Shown: in pieces, positions 14,566 through 28,223 of the stretch
How positions within the stretch are numbered: the stretch's first letter is position 1
Layout of the letters: every line of letters starts with the position of its first letter
Origin: Octopus vulgaris
Taxonomy: Eukaryota
DNA length: 64,000 nucleotides
Direction: 5' to 3'
Assembly (NCBI GenBank): GCA_951406725.2
Contig: OX597826.1
Location: forward strand, 24,738,001 to 24,802,000
The notes under the pieces: model-generated
What the model saw: the letters and a program-made list of their open reading frames with translations, nothing else
Database searches by the model: none
What the model was told of the DNA's origin: nothing
Position numbers and translations under genes: made by a program

Positions 14566-17500
14566 ATGGCAAAGCTGGGTTGTGTAAATGTCCGTGGAAT
14601 GGGGTCGAAATGGAAACAAATTTGTTTCCTGAACGACCTCACGACACACGGAGTGGACGTAGCTATTGTAACCGAGTCTAAGATGAACGGGGCCCAAGCG
14701 TTCTCGCCTCTTCTAAATGGTTTCGAGAAATTTATTTCTCCTAGCCGAGGAAGAGGAAGAGGCGTGGCAGTCCTCATCAGGAAGAGCTTGGACTTGCAGG
14801 TAAGTACTGTCTTTCTGGACCCAGAAGGCAGGCTGGTCGTTCTAGATGTGACCCACGCAAGTAAACAGTCCTTCAGGTTGGTAGCTGTCTACGCTCCGAA
14901 TGAGTGTAGGCAGGCGGGTTTTTTCGGAATCTGGAGCCCTTTTTAGCGACGTCGAAAACGGTAGTCTTAGTAGGGGACTTTAACACTGTTCTTGAAGCGC
15001 GGGTCGACAGTGTTGGCTCAACCAATAGGAAGGGGAACCCTAGCCTCAAGGGTCTACTAGAGAGCTTTGATCTAGTGGACCGTTATCGACTGGATGAGCC
15101 GAGCGTTCCACAGTGGACGTGGAGTAACAACGACGGCTCACACAGATCGTATATAGATAGGATATTCGTTAGGAAAAGAGATAAGGATACGTTTAGTTGT
15201 CCACAGTTTCACATTGTGCCTTACACGGATCACAAATTTGTGACTTGTAGGGTGCAATTAGATAAGTGCCATAGACAGGGACCCGGGTACTGGAAGCTGA
15301 ACAAGTCTATTTTGAATTGTGAAGACTTCCGTACCCGGATTAAGGTGTTAGTACAGAGGGCATTGTGTGGCACCATCATTAACAATAGATGGTGGCACTC
15401 CCTCAAAAGAGCCATTCGTTCAGAGTCCATTAGATTTAGCAATCAGCTAAGATTAGATAGGTCTAGGATAGAGGACGATTTAGTTAAGAATCTAAACGAG
15501 GCAATGGAAGCTGGCTCTGCATCCGGAGTGATGGCGGCAAGGACGGTAGTGTACCGTCACCTTAACTCCAAACACGAAGGTTGCAGAGTTAGAGCTAAGC
15601 TACGCGCTGGGAAACGAGAAGGGCCCGTCGAGTGGAGAGTCAGAGAGGTAACAAAGCTTCAATCAAGTCTTTAACTGACGAACAGGGACAAAAGATCTAT
15701 GGACAGGAGGAGATGTAAAAGTTTCTTCACCAGCATTTCGCCCGCGTGTTCGGGGGTGGTGTGGCGCCGGAGCGGGGGAGGGCCTTAAAGGACTTCCTAG
15801 CCGGCGGACCGCAGCTCTCGGGGCGTGAGGTGGAGTGCTGTGAAGAAGCGATCACTCCCGCGGAGATAGAGGGGATACTGGCCGGATGCGCCGGGGAGAA
15901 GTCGCCGGAGTTGGATGGTCTGCCCTACGAGTTTTACCAAAGTATGCCGGACTTGTTCGGGGGAATATTGGCAGGCGTCTACACGAACTGGCAGCAGAAT
16001 GGGAGAATTCCCAGTTCTGTAAGCCGGGGAGTGGTGACGCTAATCCAGAAAGACCCGAGCAAGGGGGATAACATTAGTAATTACAGGCCCGTAACTCTAC
16101 TTAATGTAGAGTTAAAGATTTTGGCTAATGTGTTGGCAAAAAGGTTGACGATTGTCGTGGAGAAACTTGTAGGGAAAGCACAGACATGTGCAATTCCAGA
16201 CAGGTCGATCCAGGACAATCTTCACCTTATACGCTACCTACCTTAGGGTAGGTAAATTAACCGGCAAGGGCGGGGTAATGGTCCATTTAGACCAAAGTAA
16301 AGCGTTCGATAGGGTAGACCATAAGTACCTGGCGACGGTCCTCGAAGCGGCTGGACTGGGCCCTGAATTTCGCGGGTGGATCTCCGCTATGTATAGCGGC
16401 ATCAAGTCCACCGTCCAGATAAACGGTTACCTAACGGAACCGTTTTCGATCGAATGTTCAGTTCGTCAAGGGTGCCCCTTGTCACCACTTTTGTACGTGT
16501 TGGCTCTCGAGCCATTGCTGCGAAAGTTGGAGAGGCTGGGAAGTAACCCGGATGAGATCGGAGGTAGGAGGACGGTTACTGCTTATGCGGATGACGTCAC
16601 CCTCATCGTGTCCAATGAGGCCCAGCTACCTTGTGTAGAAGAGGCTATCAGAGGATACGAGGCGGTGGCAGGAGCAAGGGTTAACAAGGACAAGTCGGTT
16701 GGCTTGCGCCTCGGCACCTGGAGGAGCAAGTCGATATCGTCCAGTGTCGTGGGACACTGGACGGATGGTCCTGTTAACTTGCTAGGAGTTTGGTTTGGGT
16801 CAGACTCCCAAACGGAGAGGAATTGGAGTGAGGTGACGGGCAAGGTGGAGGCCATAGTACGGACCTGGTTCGGAAGGTTTCTGTCCTTGAAAGGAAGGGC
16901 GGAGGTGGTACAGATGTTCATTGCATCTGTAATCACTTACCGCCTGACCGTTGTCCCTTGCCCCGATTCATGGCTTAGCAAGTTGGAGCGAATCCTTTTC
17001 CGCTTTTTGTGGAAGGGAGGAAAGCCACTTGTGAGGCGCTCCGTTTGCTGCCAGGAACCGTTAAAGGGTGGGTTAGGAATGCCTTGGTTGATGATGCGCA
17101 GACATGCGTTGAGGCTGAAGCATCTCTGGCACCACCTGGAGGGTGATAAGGTGTGGAGTCCGCTGGCAGGGGGAATTTTTCCCGAGACCGGCTTCTTTAG
17201 TGAATTTTGAACCCGGTCGCATCAAAAGACGGAATCTGACTTTATGGCAAAAGGAGTGCCGACAGGCACTCACGCTGATCCACAAGGCGGGCAAGGCCGG
17301 CTGCGGAAATACCACCTCGGTATTTTATAGCAGGCTGGTAGAGGCAAAGAATGACGACGTCCTAGGAGGGGCTCTGGGGTTTGACGAAGACCAGCTTACC
17401 AACCTGTTTAAAAAGACGTTCAGGACGGGGTATTTGGATAATTTTCAAAGATCCCTGTCCTGGCAGTGTTATAGGAATGCTTTACCTGTTCGCGAGAAGT

Positions 17501-17925
17501 TATCGCGGCACGGAATTTCAGTGCCACCGACGTGTCCAAGATGCGGGTTGGACGATGAAACCGTCCAGCACGCTTTTGTACACTGTCGGAAGTTGATAAG
17601 TTACGCAGAACACGTGTTATCGCATCTGGGACGAGTACAGCTGTCGGCTGGATCTATGATTAAGATGATACCGCCAACTGGACTCTCGAAGGAAGGTGAG
17701 GCAAGTTTTCACTGCACGGTTGCAGTAGTAAAAGAATGCATGTGGCGTACAAGAATGGAAGGAGTCGCAATAGGATCCTTTGTCTCAGGCCCCGGCTTGC
17801 TCACTTACTTCAGATATCATCTGAAGAGCAAAATGGGGCTGGAAAAGAAGATCTTACCACGAGGTGTGTATGAAAAAAGATGGAAGGAAGTGGCAAAAAA
17901 TGTGGGTGCCAGAAACCCAGCTTAA
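14566..17925 (+). pseudogene. Tx1 ORF2: APE endonuclease, reverse transcriptase and Zn motif, frameshifted
   Basis: NVRG, VTESK, GDFN, SYIDR, TDHK (APE); YRPVTLLN, DQSKAFDRVDH, QGCPLSPLLY, YADD (RT); CPRC...ETVQHAFVHC. Confidence 0.95.
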
Positions 17926-18202
17926 CTATGGATGGAGGAGAGGAAAGAAAAGCTGCGGGGCCTTATAGGTTGCCGGGGTTTAAAATATCGGTAAGATCGC
18001 AAGTTAATGTAATGTTGTAATGTTCTATTAAGTCAATGCAAAGGACCATTTAAATACAAATTTTATTTAAGGAATAATCCATATATTATGGAAAATTTTT
18101 AATCGAACCACTTAACTGTTTTTTGTATGTATGTCCTGTATTGTCCTTCTATGTAATGATTTTCTAATCGTAATAAAGAAATTCATCGACAACTATGATT
18201 GT

Positions 18203-18247
18203 CACACGCCGATGACGGGTCAATACCCTGAAACTCGAGTCCGTGTG
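18203..18247 (+). ncRNA. Minimal type I HHR motif immediately 3' of the Tx1 TSD
   Basis: cacacg-CCGATGA-c gggt caat accc t-GAAA-ctcgag-TC-cgtgtg; palindrome ACTCGAGT. Confidence 0.75.
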
Positions 18248-18419
18248 TATCATAAGTTGAAGACGGGAAGGATGGCTTCGCAAATACTGATAGGGCACAG
18301 AAAGTGTGTCTATAGCCAGCTGGAGGAGGTGTCCTCCTGGGGCTACAAACTACAGTAGCATCCACCCTTAGGGGTTAGCCATATTCAAATGGCAAATATA
18401 CGTCACTATATATATATAT

Positions 18420-18797
18420 GAGATGGCTATTACACTTTACATTGTCGAGCGATTACTGTTTACATCTTGTTCTGAGATTTAATAATGCTTGCAGTCAGTG
18501 TTTCGAAATCAGTGGCAGAAGTCACTAGAAAAACTCTCATATATTTGCAAACAGGCCTTGTCTTTCGTCGTGATCCGGTGATTACCGCCCGTTGATAAGA
18601 GACAATAATCTCGAAACCGCGGTCCGGTGCGTATCACTGAGGCTTACGAGAAAGGGATGGCCTCCCTTTGCAAATACCATAAGGGCACAGAAATTGTGTC
18701 TAAAGCCAGCTGGAGACGATGATCTCCTGGGGCTAAAAAGCTACAGTAACACCCCCCTTTGTGGTTAGCCATATTGAGATGGCTATTATACTTTATA
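18420..18797 (+). repeat. About 356-bp HHR repeat, third subfamily, with U3-A8 core variant at 18578-18637
   Basis: Terminal redundancy gagatggctatta(c/t)acttta; ccg-TTGATAA-gaga caataa tctc-GAAA-ccgcgg-TC-cgg. Confidence 0.75.
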
Positions 18798-18803
18798 TAT
18801 ATT

Positions 18804-18881
<78 letters not shown>

Positions 18882-19493
18882 TGTCTTTGTGTCTATTTTT
18901 GTCTCCCATCACCCATCAACCGGTGTAGGTGTGTTTACGTACCTGTAACTTAGCGGCTCGGCAAAGAGTACCAGGCTTAAAAAAAAGTATTAGGGCGAAT
19001 CATTCGACTAAAATTGTTGAATGGCTGTAGTCTAATGACTGAAGCAAATTATATATATCTTTATATATATAAAACTGGGAATGTGTGTCTGTCTGTCTGT
19101 GTGTTTCCCTAAAACTTGAGAACTACACAACCAATTTCATTCAAATTTTACACATGCCTTACTTAGGGTCCGGGGAGTGTCATCAACTTTTTGCCTAGGG
19201 CGAGCCCACAGCAATAACAATAAAAGTAATAACAACAATTGAATTATATGTACTAAGTAATAATTAAAAATCAAACTAAAGTATAATATAATTGTAACAT
19301 AACAAAAGTAAAAATAGCAATTGGTATAAAATTGCATCAATGACTTGAACTTGAATAAGTGGTTTCACATGAATGGGAATAAATTAAAAATAAAATTAGC
19401 GTGCAGAAATGGAATAGTCCAGATGGATAATAAAAAATTAAATTAAAGAAAAGACTATTGTCTCTAAAGTATACAATGTAGAGAAAAAAGGTC

Positions 19494-21224
19494 GTGTTTT
19501 TTTCGGCTCCTGAAATTCGGTAAAAAAGAACAAAAAGCGTTGTTGTTGTTGTGGAAATTCTGAACGGCGTTGACGCGGTTTCGCGTTTCGCTCGTTCAGC
19601 GCGTTACACTTTTTCTGTTTTGGCGGCCGTTCTCGGTCTGTCAGACAGAAGGAAATGGACTATGAGTCTCTAACAGACTTGTCCACGACAGATGAGGAAC
19701 TGGAACAGGCAATTGCAATGAAGCTGATGGAAGAAAAGGCTGGAATTTTCGAGTCTTTATCAGACCTGCCTACGTCTGAGAAAGAGCTAGAAATGGCAGC
19801 AAGGAATTTGGAAGAGAAGCTGGGTTATACCTATGCCGGTGTAACCAAGAAGGCGGAAGAGAAAGGGGTAGACATGGCCAAGTTGCCAAGTTACCAGAAA
19901 TACATGAAAAAGGAAAGCGGTGAGGTGGAACTATCACCGACACCCAGGAGAAAGGAATGGTATGATAAGAGGACCATTATTTACAGGGTGTTCGCAAACG
20001 AAAGGAAGAGGGTAGAAGTTGTAACCATGGAATGGATAGAGGAGGCCCTGCGAAGAACTGAGGAGGAAATAAATTTTCTGACTCGAGGATCCAAGTACGG
20101 TACCGTAGTTGTGCATTTCAAAACTGAGTCTGCAGCGAGGAAGATGGCGGCGAAGGCGGTGAAGTCAGAAAAGGTAACCCTATTACCTACGTATTTAAAC
20201 AGGAGGATTACACGAATAAGGGTGGAGGGAGTGCCACCAAACGTGGAGGCAGAATGGATTGTGGCGGCTGTGATCAGCGGCCACGAGGACGAAGTGGATA
20301 TTCTCCATGCCTCGGTTAAGTCCGAGGGCTGGAGAGGCGTAACGGTGGAGCTGAACGTACAGGCAGAGACCGAGGTACTGGTGGACCTGACGGAAAGCAT
20401 CAGACTGGGAGACGTGATCATGAGAGTGTGGGTGGAGGGCAGGGCTCCACGTTGTTACAAGTGTGGCCTGAGGGGTCACATAAGAGCCTTCTGCCCTCCC
20501 CCAGGGAAAGAAATGGATTCCGAACCAGAGAGAGAGAAGCAGAAACCAGAGGAGAAGGAAACAGAGGAAGAGAATACACAGAAATGGAAGGAAGCTGGAA
20601 GTAAGAGGAAGAGAAGAATACGTGGAAAAAAAGAAAATAATATGGAACTCCAATCTACCCCAAAACCACCCACACCCTCTGAGTCCCACCCTATCCATGC
20701 AGACATTGAACCCACCCGCTCCCCCCCAACAAGAAAACAAAAGAAAAAAAGAATACACACACACAAGAGATTGAAATCGAACCCAGGCCGTACATTTGTA
20801 CTATGACTGAACAGAAAGAAGTTAAAAGTCTAATGGAAGAGTATAAATGGTATGATGTTGGAGAGACTAGGTATGCTGTGATTGAAAAGAAGAACATAGG
20901 TGAGTTTATGGGGAGGTGTGAAAGGGAGAATTGGGAGGTGAAAGATATAAGAATGAGCGATGAATTCGTGGAAAATATGGATGAGTATTTCGGAGTAAGA
21001 ATGGATATGGAATTTATTCGTATTGACAAAGAACATTCAAGTGACTATGAAAAACAAAGGACAGGTAAGTGATGCTGACGGACGGGGCCGTTGGTATCGC
21101 TTTCATTTTATCATTTTTTTCGTTTAACAATTCATTTTCATAAAGTTTAATTATAATGTTCTATGTCCCCATGTTTTGTTATGTCCGCCATTCTTCGTAG
21201 CCCCTTAGTGGGTAATAAAGAAAT
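19494..21224 (+). mobile_element. ORF1-only (HAL1-like) non-autonomous Tx1 derivative
   Basis: 5' UTR, ORF1, short 3' UTR ending gccccttagtgggtaataaagaaat; no ORF2 sequence; interrupts an older ORF1 relic. Confidence 0.75.
19655..21072 (+). CDS. Tx1-type ORF1 protein (383 aa to 20806, plus a probable frameshifted C-terminus 20803-21072)
   Basis: Intact CX2CX4HX4C knuckle CYKCGLRGHIRAFC preceded by VEGRAPR; colinear similarity with ORF1 at 13102. Confidence 0.8.
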
Positions 21225-21540
21225 CACATGGAGGAAAGCACCTTCGAAAAGTGTCTTGGTGCGACTATGAAAGGTATGTAATCAGAGGCGGTAAATTCGC
21301 CACAATAGAAGCAAGGTTCGAGTCAACGGAGCATGCAAGGGAGTACTCGACTCGAACTTGCAAAGTGGAAATATTTTATTTTTACCTTTATATCTGGGAC
21401 GTAGGACGTCCCGGAAAAAATTTAAAATGCCCCCCCCCCCAGAAGTAGTGGTAGGCTGGATTGTAGCCACACTTCTGTACAAGAGGGAGGACAAGATACA
21501 ATTGATCGAAATTACAAGAGACAGGCTAACAATTCCAGTC
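21225..21540 (+). pseudogene. Degenerate Tx1 ORF1 relic, right part (left part about 19440-19493)
   Basis: IKEKTIVSKVYNVEKKG joins in frame to HMEESTFEKCL; RGGKFATIEARF and LPLYLGRR match ORF1 motifs. Confidence 0.7.
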
Positions 21541-21713
21541 TGTTATATATTTTGAGTATTGTTATCACTAACGATATCAAGATATAACTTTGTATTTTGT
21601 ATTTTATGTGTAGATGTATATATATAGATGTACATGTAATATGTACACATATATATACACATATATACATGTACTAGCACTATGACCCGGCAACGACGGG
21701 TCTTTAATGCTAG

Positions 21714-21744
<31 letters not shown>

Positions 21745-21977
21745 TCTTTTACTTGTTTCTGTCATTTGAATGCGACCATGCTGGAGCATCGTCTTAAAGG
21801 GTTTTAGTCGAGTAAATCGACCCCAGGACTTATTCTTTGTAAGCCTAGTACTTATTCTATCGGCCTCTTTTGCCGGACCGCAAAGTTACGGGGACGTAAA
21901 CACACCAGTATCGGTCATCAAGTGATGGTGGGGAGACAAACACAGACACACACACACACACATACATACGCACACAT

Positions 21978-22030
<53 letters not shown>

Positions 22031-22276
22031 ACGGGCTTCTTTCAGTTTCCGTCTACCAAATCCACTCAGAAGGCTTTGGTTGGCCTGCGGATACAGTAGA
22101 AGACACTTACCCAAGGTTCCACACTATGGGTCTGAACCCGGAACCATGTGGTTGGGGAACAAGCTTCTTACCACACAGCCATGCCTTTGCCTCTCACACT
22201 TATTTTCTCAACCTTTAAATTAATAACTCTGACATTGTCTTACCCAACCATGACCTCCACCACAACCACCAGCACC

Positions 22277-22314
<38 letters not shown>

Positions 22315-24735
22315 CATCACCAAAAGCACCAACCTCAGCACATGTACTACCACCGACACCCTCAATGTTCATTGTCACTAATATACCACTTCAAGACTAT
22401 CGCTAGTACTATGACACTAGTACCCCACAACACGAAAAAAAAGCAGCACCTTAATCACTACTCCTCACCATCCTAACCATACCACCCAGCACTCCTACAA
22501 TTACCGCCACCATCATCCACCACATACCACCAATTTCCACCTGCTTTGCTAATCTTGTAAAAGCCATCATCACTCCATTAACACCACGATCGCCTCCTCA
22601 AAAATAACCCCCCCCTACAATAACCACGACCGCCATCAAGTCTATTCACTACTACTACTTGCAGCCCAAACCACTCTTTAGCGACCACCCCTACAATAAC
22701 CCTCCATCCGTCCACTATCCATCCATCCATCCACCCACCCACCATTATTACCTTTTTACCAGCATACTTTCCTCTATGTCTCAGGTAACATACATCACGT
22801 GTTCACCATGCTACATAACATCAATGCCATACCGTTGCTTGAATATCACAAGCAGAACAGCAAGCGTTCCTCCGCCAACCATTATATAGTTCTATTATAA
22901 ACATCCGTCTTAAAATGGCAGATTTGTTTAGTTACGTCAGTACAGCAAACATCTCTATTTTCTGTACTTTACTGGGCGTAATAGAGGTGTTTCACTTTTG
23001 TTAATATAGATTACCAGCAAAAATCGCTGTCCTAATTCCATACACATATTTTGGTTTCAAAATTTTCCACAAGCCCTGCAATTTCGGGAGAAGGGGTAAG
23101 CGGTAAGTCGATTACATCGACCCCCAGTACTGGACTGGTATTTATTTTATCGATCTCGAAACGATGAAGGGCCAAGTCGAATTTAGAGGAATTTGAACTC
23201 AGAAACTTTTTTTCCGGAGCACTGACGATTCTGCTAACTCATAGCATTTCCTCTATAATTAATATCCTTTTCTACTCTAGGCACAAGGCCCGAAATTTTT
23301 GGGGTGGGGCCAGTCAATTAGATCGACTCCAGTGCGTAACTGGTACTAAATTTATCGACTCTTAAAGCATGAAAGGCAAAGTCGACCTCGGCGGAATTTG
23401 AACTCAGAACGTAAACATGAAAGAAGTGCTGCTAAACCTTTTGCCTGGCTTGTTAACGATTCTACCAGCTCATCACTTTTCTGCTACAATTATTACTATT
23501 GACTTCAAATTTTGGCACAAACCCAGCAATTTTGATGGACGGGGTTAGGGGTAAGTCGATTACATCGATCCCAGTGTTTCGCTGGTACTTATTTTATCGA
23601 CCCTGAAAGGATGAAAGGCAAAGTGTCCTACGGCGGAATTTGAACTCAGAACGTACAGACGGACGAAATGTCGATAAGCATTTTGCCCGGCGTGCTAACG
23701 GTTCTGCCAGCTCTGCACCCTTCCCATCCATATAATTAAAGCTGCTTTTCTGCTCTTCTGCCGTTTCCTTTTCACTCACATTTAATCATTACTCACATTT
23801 ATTCATAACACACTCACTGATTCATTGATTTACTTGCTTCCTAACTCCTCCTTGTAGTCGTTATTATCGACAGGAGTAGGGCTGCTAGACTTCTTCGTGT
23901 AGAAAAAGGCGGCGTGTTGGCAGAAACGTTAGCACGCCGAGCGAAATGCTTAGCGGTATTTCGTCTGCCGCTGCGTTCTGAGTTCAAATTCCGCCAAGGT
24001 TGAGTTTGCCTTTCATCCTTTCGGGGTCGATTAAACAAGTACCAGTTACGCACTGGGGTCGATGTAATCGACTTAATCCGTTTGTCTGTCCTTGTTGGTC
24101 CCCTCTATGTCTAGCCCCTTGTGGGCAATAAAGAAATGATAAACTTCTTCATGTAGATCTCGTCCATTGATACTAACAATCGACACGTACCGTTCTGAGT
24201 ACAAATTGCCTATTAGAATCAATGGGCGACTACAGTGTGTACCTCGAGAAGCATGTAATTTTTCCTTCTCGGTTAGTCCAGGCGAAAGATGTATGAAGAA
24301 CGCATTTGAGAAGGTTGAGGACAACACTAGATATCTAAGTTCTCATCAGCTTCTTTAAGTATCGTTTGGTGAGGAAGGCGATGGAAGAGGGGGAAAGTTT
24401 GGCCTCGAATAAATTTGATGAAATGTAGTCGGACGTCGCTGAATTGGTACGTATGAGAAGGTGAGTTACAAGAGTTTGTTTGCAGCTTTGAATTAGCAAC
24501 AAGAAAACGTCCCTTGGTGAAAGACGATTGGGTTCCTGAAATGATCTCTTTTATACTAGAATTGCCGGCCTTGTGCCAAAATTTGAAGCCAACACTTAGG
24601 TGTCGCTATTCAGCATGAAACATGTATGTATGTATGTATGTATGTATGTATGTATCTATGTATGTATGTATGTATGTATGTATGTATGTATGTATGTGTG
24701 TATCTATCTATCTATCTATCTATCTATCTGTATCC

Positions 24736-24846
<111 letters not shown>

Positions 24847-24894
24847 CATCATCTATCTATCTATCTATCTATCTATATGTTTTCTATTTTTCAG

Positions 24895-25063
24895 TGTCGT
24901 CAAAAATCTCTCGAATTGTGAATGGTGAGTCAGTACCTCATTGTAATTTCCCTTGGATTGTCAATTTAAGAATACTGCGGGAACATAATTACAAGGATTA
25001 TACACAGATGTGCGGCGCATCATTGATTGCCAGAAACAAAGTTATAACGGCTGCACATTGTGT
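24895..25063 (+). CDS. S1 serine protease, first identified coding exon (activation site R|IVNG, catalytic His in TAAHC)
   Basis: Acceptor ttttcag ending 24894, donor gtaagt at 25064; translates SSKISR-IVNGESVPHCNFPW...MCGASLIARNKVITAAHC; starts phase 1, ends phase 2. Confidence 0.93.
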
Positions 25064-25789
25064 GTAAGTGTTGAGCTCCGATTCTTTAACTTGAGCCATT
25101 AGGGTTCAAGGCATATTTGAAGACACTTAATTATCGATATATTACTGGGGAGAAAAATCAATTAAAAGGCCTCACATTGAAGCAGACATCGAAGCTGAAG
25201 GCATATTCATATAATAATCTTTACTGAATTACCAAATATGTCCTCAAATACCTCTTGCATCCTGTGCTTGCTTCTTATTGGGACACTTGTAGTGATGAGT
25301 AGAATTTACTGGGAAGTTAAAGCTTGTTACTCTTTTACTTGTTTCAGTCATTTGACTGTGGCCATGCTGGAGCACCGTCTTTAGTCGAGCAAATCGACCC
25401 AAGGACTTAGTCTTTGTAAGCTTAGTACTTATTTTATCGGTCTCTTTTGCCGAACCTCTAAGTTACGGTGACGTAAACACACCAACATCGGTTGTTAAGC
25501 GATACTGGGGGGGGGACAAACACAGACACACAAACACACACACACACACACGCACACACGCATATACATACATATATACGACGGGTTTCTTTCAGTTTCC
25601 GTCTACCAATTTCACTCACAAGGCTTTGGTCGGCCCGAGGCTATAGTAGAAGACACTTGCCCAAGGTGCCACGCAGTGGGACTGAACCCAGAACCATGTG
25701 GTTGGTAAGCAAGCTACCTACCACACAGCCACGTGTAAGCAGCCGGAATATTGTGTAACCGACGAGTGTTCCGTTACTTTGGAGAACAC

Positions 25790-26060
25790 AACTACAACTG
25801 TCACCACCGAGTAAAACATTGATCGTGTACATCACATGGTGATGGATGACAGGCGATTGACTATAAATCAAATAGCCTATGTCATTAGCAAATCCCGTGA
25901 GAGAGTTGAGAATATTCTGCACAATGAACTTGGTATGCCGAAGGTTTCTGCTCGGTGGGTGGCACGTCTTGTGATCAAAAGCGCACCAGGCGGGAAATAT
26001 GACTTCGTTTGTGGGTAGATCCAGCTAGCTTCCTTGAACGTTTCCTAACCCAGGAAGAAA
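25790..26060 (+). pseudogene. Mariner transposase N-terminal fragment in a protease intron
   Basis: DRRLTINQIA...VENILHNELGMPKVSARWV matches the mariner HTH and WVP-preceding region. Confidence 0.75.
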
Positions 26061-26305
26061 GAGAATGAGACTGGTTTAGTCTTTCGTTAGTGCTCAACCG
26101 GGATTTTATTTCATCGACCCCGAAAGGACGAAATGCAATGTTGACCTTAGTGGGATTTGAACTCCGAAGGTAAAGAGCCGGAACAAATGCCGCAAGGCAT
26201 TTTGTCTGGCGCTCTAACGATTCCGTCAATTCAGAATAATAATGGTTTCTAATTTAAATACAAGGCTAGCAGATTTGAGGGGAGGGGTAAGTCAATGCTA
26301 TTTTA

Positions 26306-26927
<622 letters not shown>

Positions 26928-26945
26928 TCTCTCTTTTATTTCCAG

Positions 26946-27085
26946 TCGATCAGACAAGAATGGTAAGGTTTTTAGAATTGAAGTAAATTTGGCGACGGAT
27001 AATCCAGCAAAACCGGTCTACACCATTCAGGGTTTACGTTATAAATATATAAAGCAGTACCACCTCAGCAGGAATGGAATGCCAT
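26946..27085 (+). CDS. S1 serine protease, exon between His57 and Asp102 (absent from the ORF track)
   Basis: Acceptor ctcttttatttccag, donor gtgagt at 27086; 140 bp open frame (V)RSDKNGKVFRIEVNLATDNPAKPVYTIQGLRYKYIKQYHLSRNGMP(Y); phase 2 in and phase 1 out, exactly bridging the neighbouring exons. Confidence 0.88.
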
Positions 27086-27668
27086 GTGAGTAGGTTTAAC
27101 CATTGTACATATATTCTCGCTAATCACTGATTCATTTATCGCTGATCTGGGATAACATGGAACACCCGATTGTGAACCATGTTATGTTTATCATGGATTG
27201 ATCTGCGATAACACGGGTCTGCTTCTATAACAAGCGCTCCAGCAACCAGCTACAATGCTCAGCTACCCAGAATGCATTGGCTATTGTGTTAACATGACCA
27301 TGCTGCGAGGCTGCGTATTTTATGCGGATTTACGTACTCGTATTACATGGCACTCCGTCGGTTACGTCAACGAGGTTTCCAGTTGATCCGGTCAACGGAA
27401 CAGCCTGTCCATGAAATTAACGTGCAAGTCGCTGAGCACCTCGCGTATATCTTTAACTTAATTCTCAGGGAGATTCAGCGTGACACAGAATGTGACAAGG
27501 TCGGCCCTTTGAAATACAGGTACTTCTCATTTTTGCCAGCTGAGTGGGCAGGAGCAATGTGAAATAAAGTGTCTTGTTCAAGGACATAACGCGTCGCCGG
27601 GAATTGAACTCAAGACCTTACGATCGTGAGCTGAATACCCTAACTACAAAGCCACGCGCCTTCACTCC

Positions 27669-27765
<97 letters not shown>

Positions 27766-28091
27766 CAGAAAAACCCACAAAAATGAGCTAAACAGACAGA
27801 GAGGATGCATTAGGTTGACGTTCAGGAAAACTGGTAAAAGTCCTTAACGTTTCGAGATTATGCTCTTCTACGGAAAGAATAGATGAGGAGAGAAAAAGAG
27901 GAAAAGAACTAATGTCTTAATTAGTGGACCACGCACATTATGTATGTATGTATGTATGTATGTATGTATGTATGTATGTATGTATGTATGTATGTATGTA
28001 TGTATGTATGTATGTATTGATATATAAAAGTGAGTTTGGAGGGATATACACACACACATGTATATGTATTTAAGGTATTTCTCTTTTTCAG

Positions 28092-28223
28092 ATTACGATA
28101 TTGCTATAATAGAACTGGAACATCGCGTCACCTATTCTAAATGTCTCCGCCCTATCACTCTACCCCAAAGAAACGATGTTTTCACCGGAAATTGCTGGGC
28201 TTTAGGATGGGGCAGTAATGGAT
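28092..28223 (+). CDS. S1 serine protease exon with catalytic Asp (YDIA) and GWG motif
   Basis: Acceptor ctttttcag, donor gtaagt at 28224; YDIAIIEL...RPITLP...CWALGWG; phase 1/1. Confidence 0.93.

Larger units (their letters stand above)
12870..18182 (+). mobile_element. Full-length Tx1/L1-clade non-LTR retrotransposon, frameshifted
   Basis: TSD tcatcgacaac(c/t)atgattgt at 12850-12869 and 18183-18202; ORF1 then ORF2 with APE, RT and C-terminal Zn motif; ends aataaagaaat. Confidence 0.93.

Noticed and set aside
22915-23004. ATG-initiated hydrophobic peptide MADLFSYVSTANISIFCTLLGVIE as the protease signal exon
   Set aside because: Available GT donors are weak and phase 0, while phase 1 is required
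23907-24000. tRNA-like A/B box sequences
   Set aside because: They are SINE heads continuing into SINE bodies and do not form complete cloverleaves
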